From an uncultured cyanobacterium (GTDB taxonomy: Bacteria; Cyanobacteriota; Cyanobacteriia; CACIAM-69d): a DNA stretch of 31,374 nt. The notes under the pieces were generated by a model that worked only from the letters and a program-made list of their open reading frames with translations, did no database searches and had not been told where the DNA came from. Made by a program: the position numbers and the translations under genes. Location of the stretch: positions 1 to 31,374 of the forward strand of contig CALCTI010000371.1 in assembly GCA_937894105.1 (NCBI GenBank), given 5' to 3'. This document shows positions 31,263 to 31,374 of this stretch, one piece after another. Every line of letters starts with the position of its first letter. The stretch's first letter is position 1.

Positions 31263-31300
31263 ATATCCCTATTGCAATAAAGTTTCAATAGGGATATATT
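31263..31300 (+). promoter_or_regulatory. Sigma70-type promoter with a Fur-box-like palindrome (copy 2)
   Basis: TTGCAA-N17-TATATT; ATTGCAATA-A-AGTTTCAAT inside a perfect 12-bp inverted repeat ATATCCCTATTG/CAATAGGGATAT. Confidence 0.72.
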
Positions 31301-31307
31301 AAATTCA

Positions 31308-31374
31308 AGAAAAGGCAGAAATGAAATGTTCTCCTCTCTAGTAAACGGGTAAAGTGTAGAGCACACGTCTGAAC
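31308..31374 (+). ncRNA. isaR1: IsaR1-like sRNA, copy 2 (3' end probably beyond the window)
   Basis: 31308-31352 is identical to 30756-30800 (45 nt), then diverges. Confidence 0.6.

Overview
Cyanobacterial chromosomal segment: about 47 HIP1 (GCGATCGC) sites by manual count, plus psb32, acsF and ylmG. Most of it is housekeeping: rpsB-tsf, rpsP-khpA-phoH, acsF, htrA, proA, upp and the nucleotide-sugar genes ugd, uxs, a priming sugar transferase, gmd and fcl. Four things stand out. (1) A roughly 3 kb accessory block (15.6-18.6 kb) holds a head-to-tail cassette of non-canonical, CCA-overlapping tRNA-like RNAs behind a -10 box, then a long structured leader, a repeat-expanded SPFH/slipin gene and a mosaic of decayed toxin-antitoxin (VapC) fragments. 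It looks like a tRNA-damage or translation-stress module and is the best candidate for a new system. (2) Two tandem IsaR1-like iron-stress sRNA genes lie next to upp, each with its own Fur-box-type promoter and a 45-nt identical transcribed core. (3) The EF-Ts at the canonical rpsB-tsf locus is strongly degenerate. (4) ugd, uxs and gmd are broken as written, and several conserved genes carry local clusters of directional substitutions (T/C>A, G>T, or T>G after G) that look like base-calling errors, so lesions here need read-level confirmation. Family assignments come from motif recognition and recalled consensus sequences; no searches were run.
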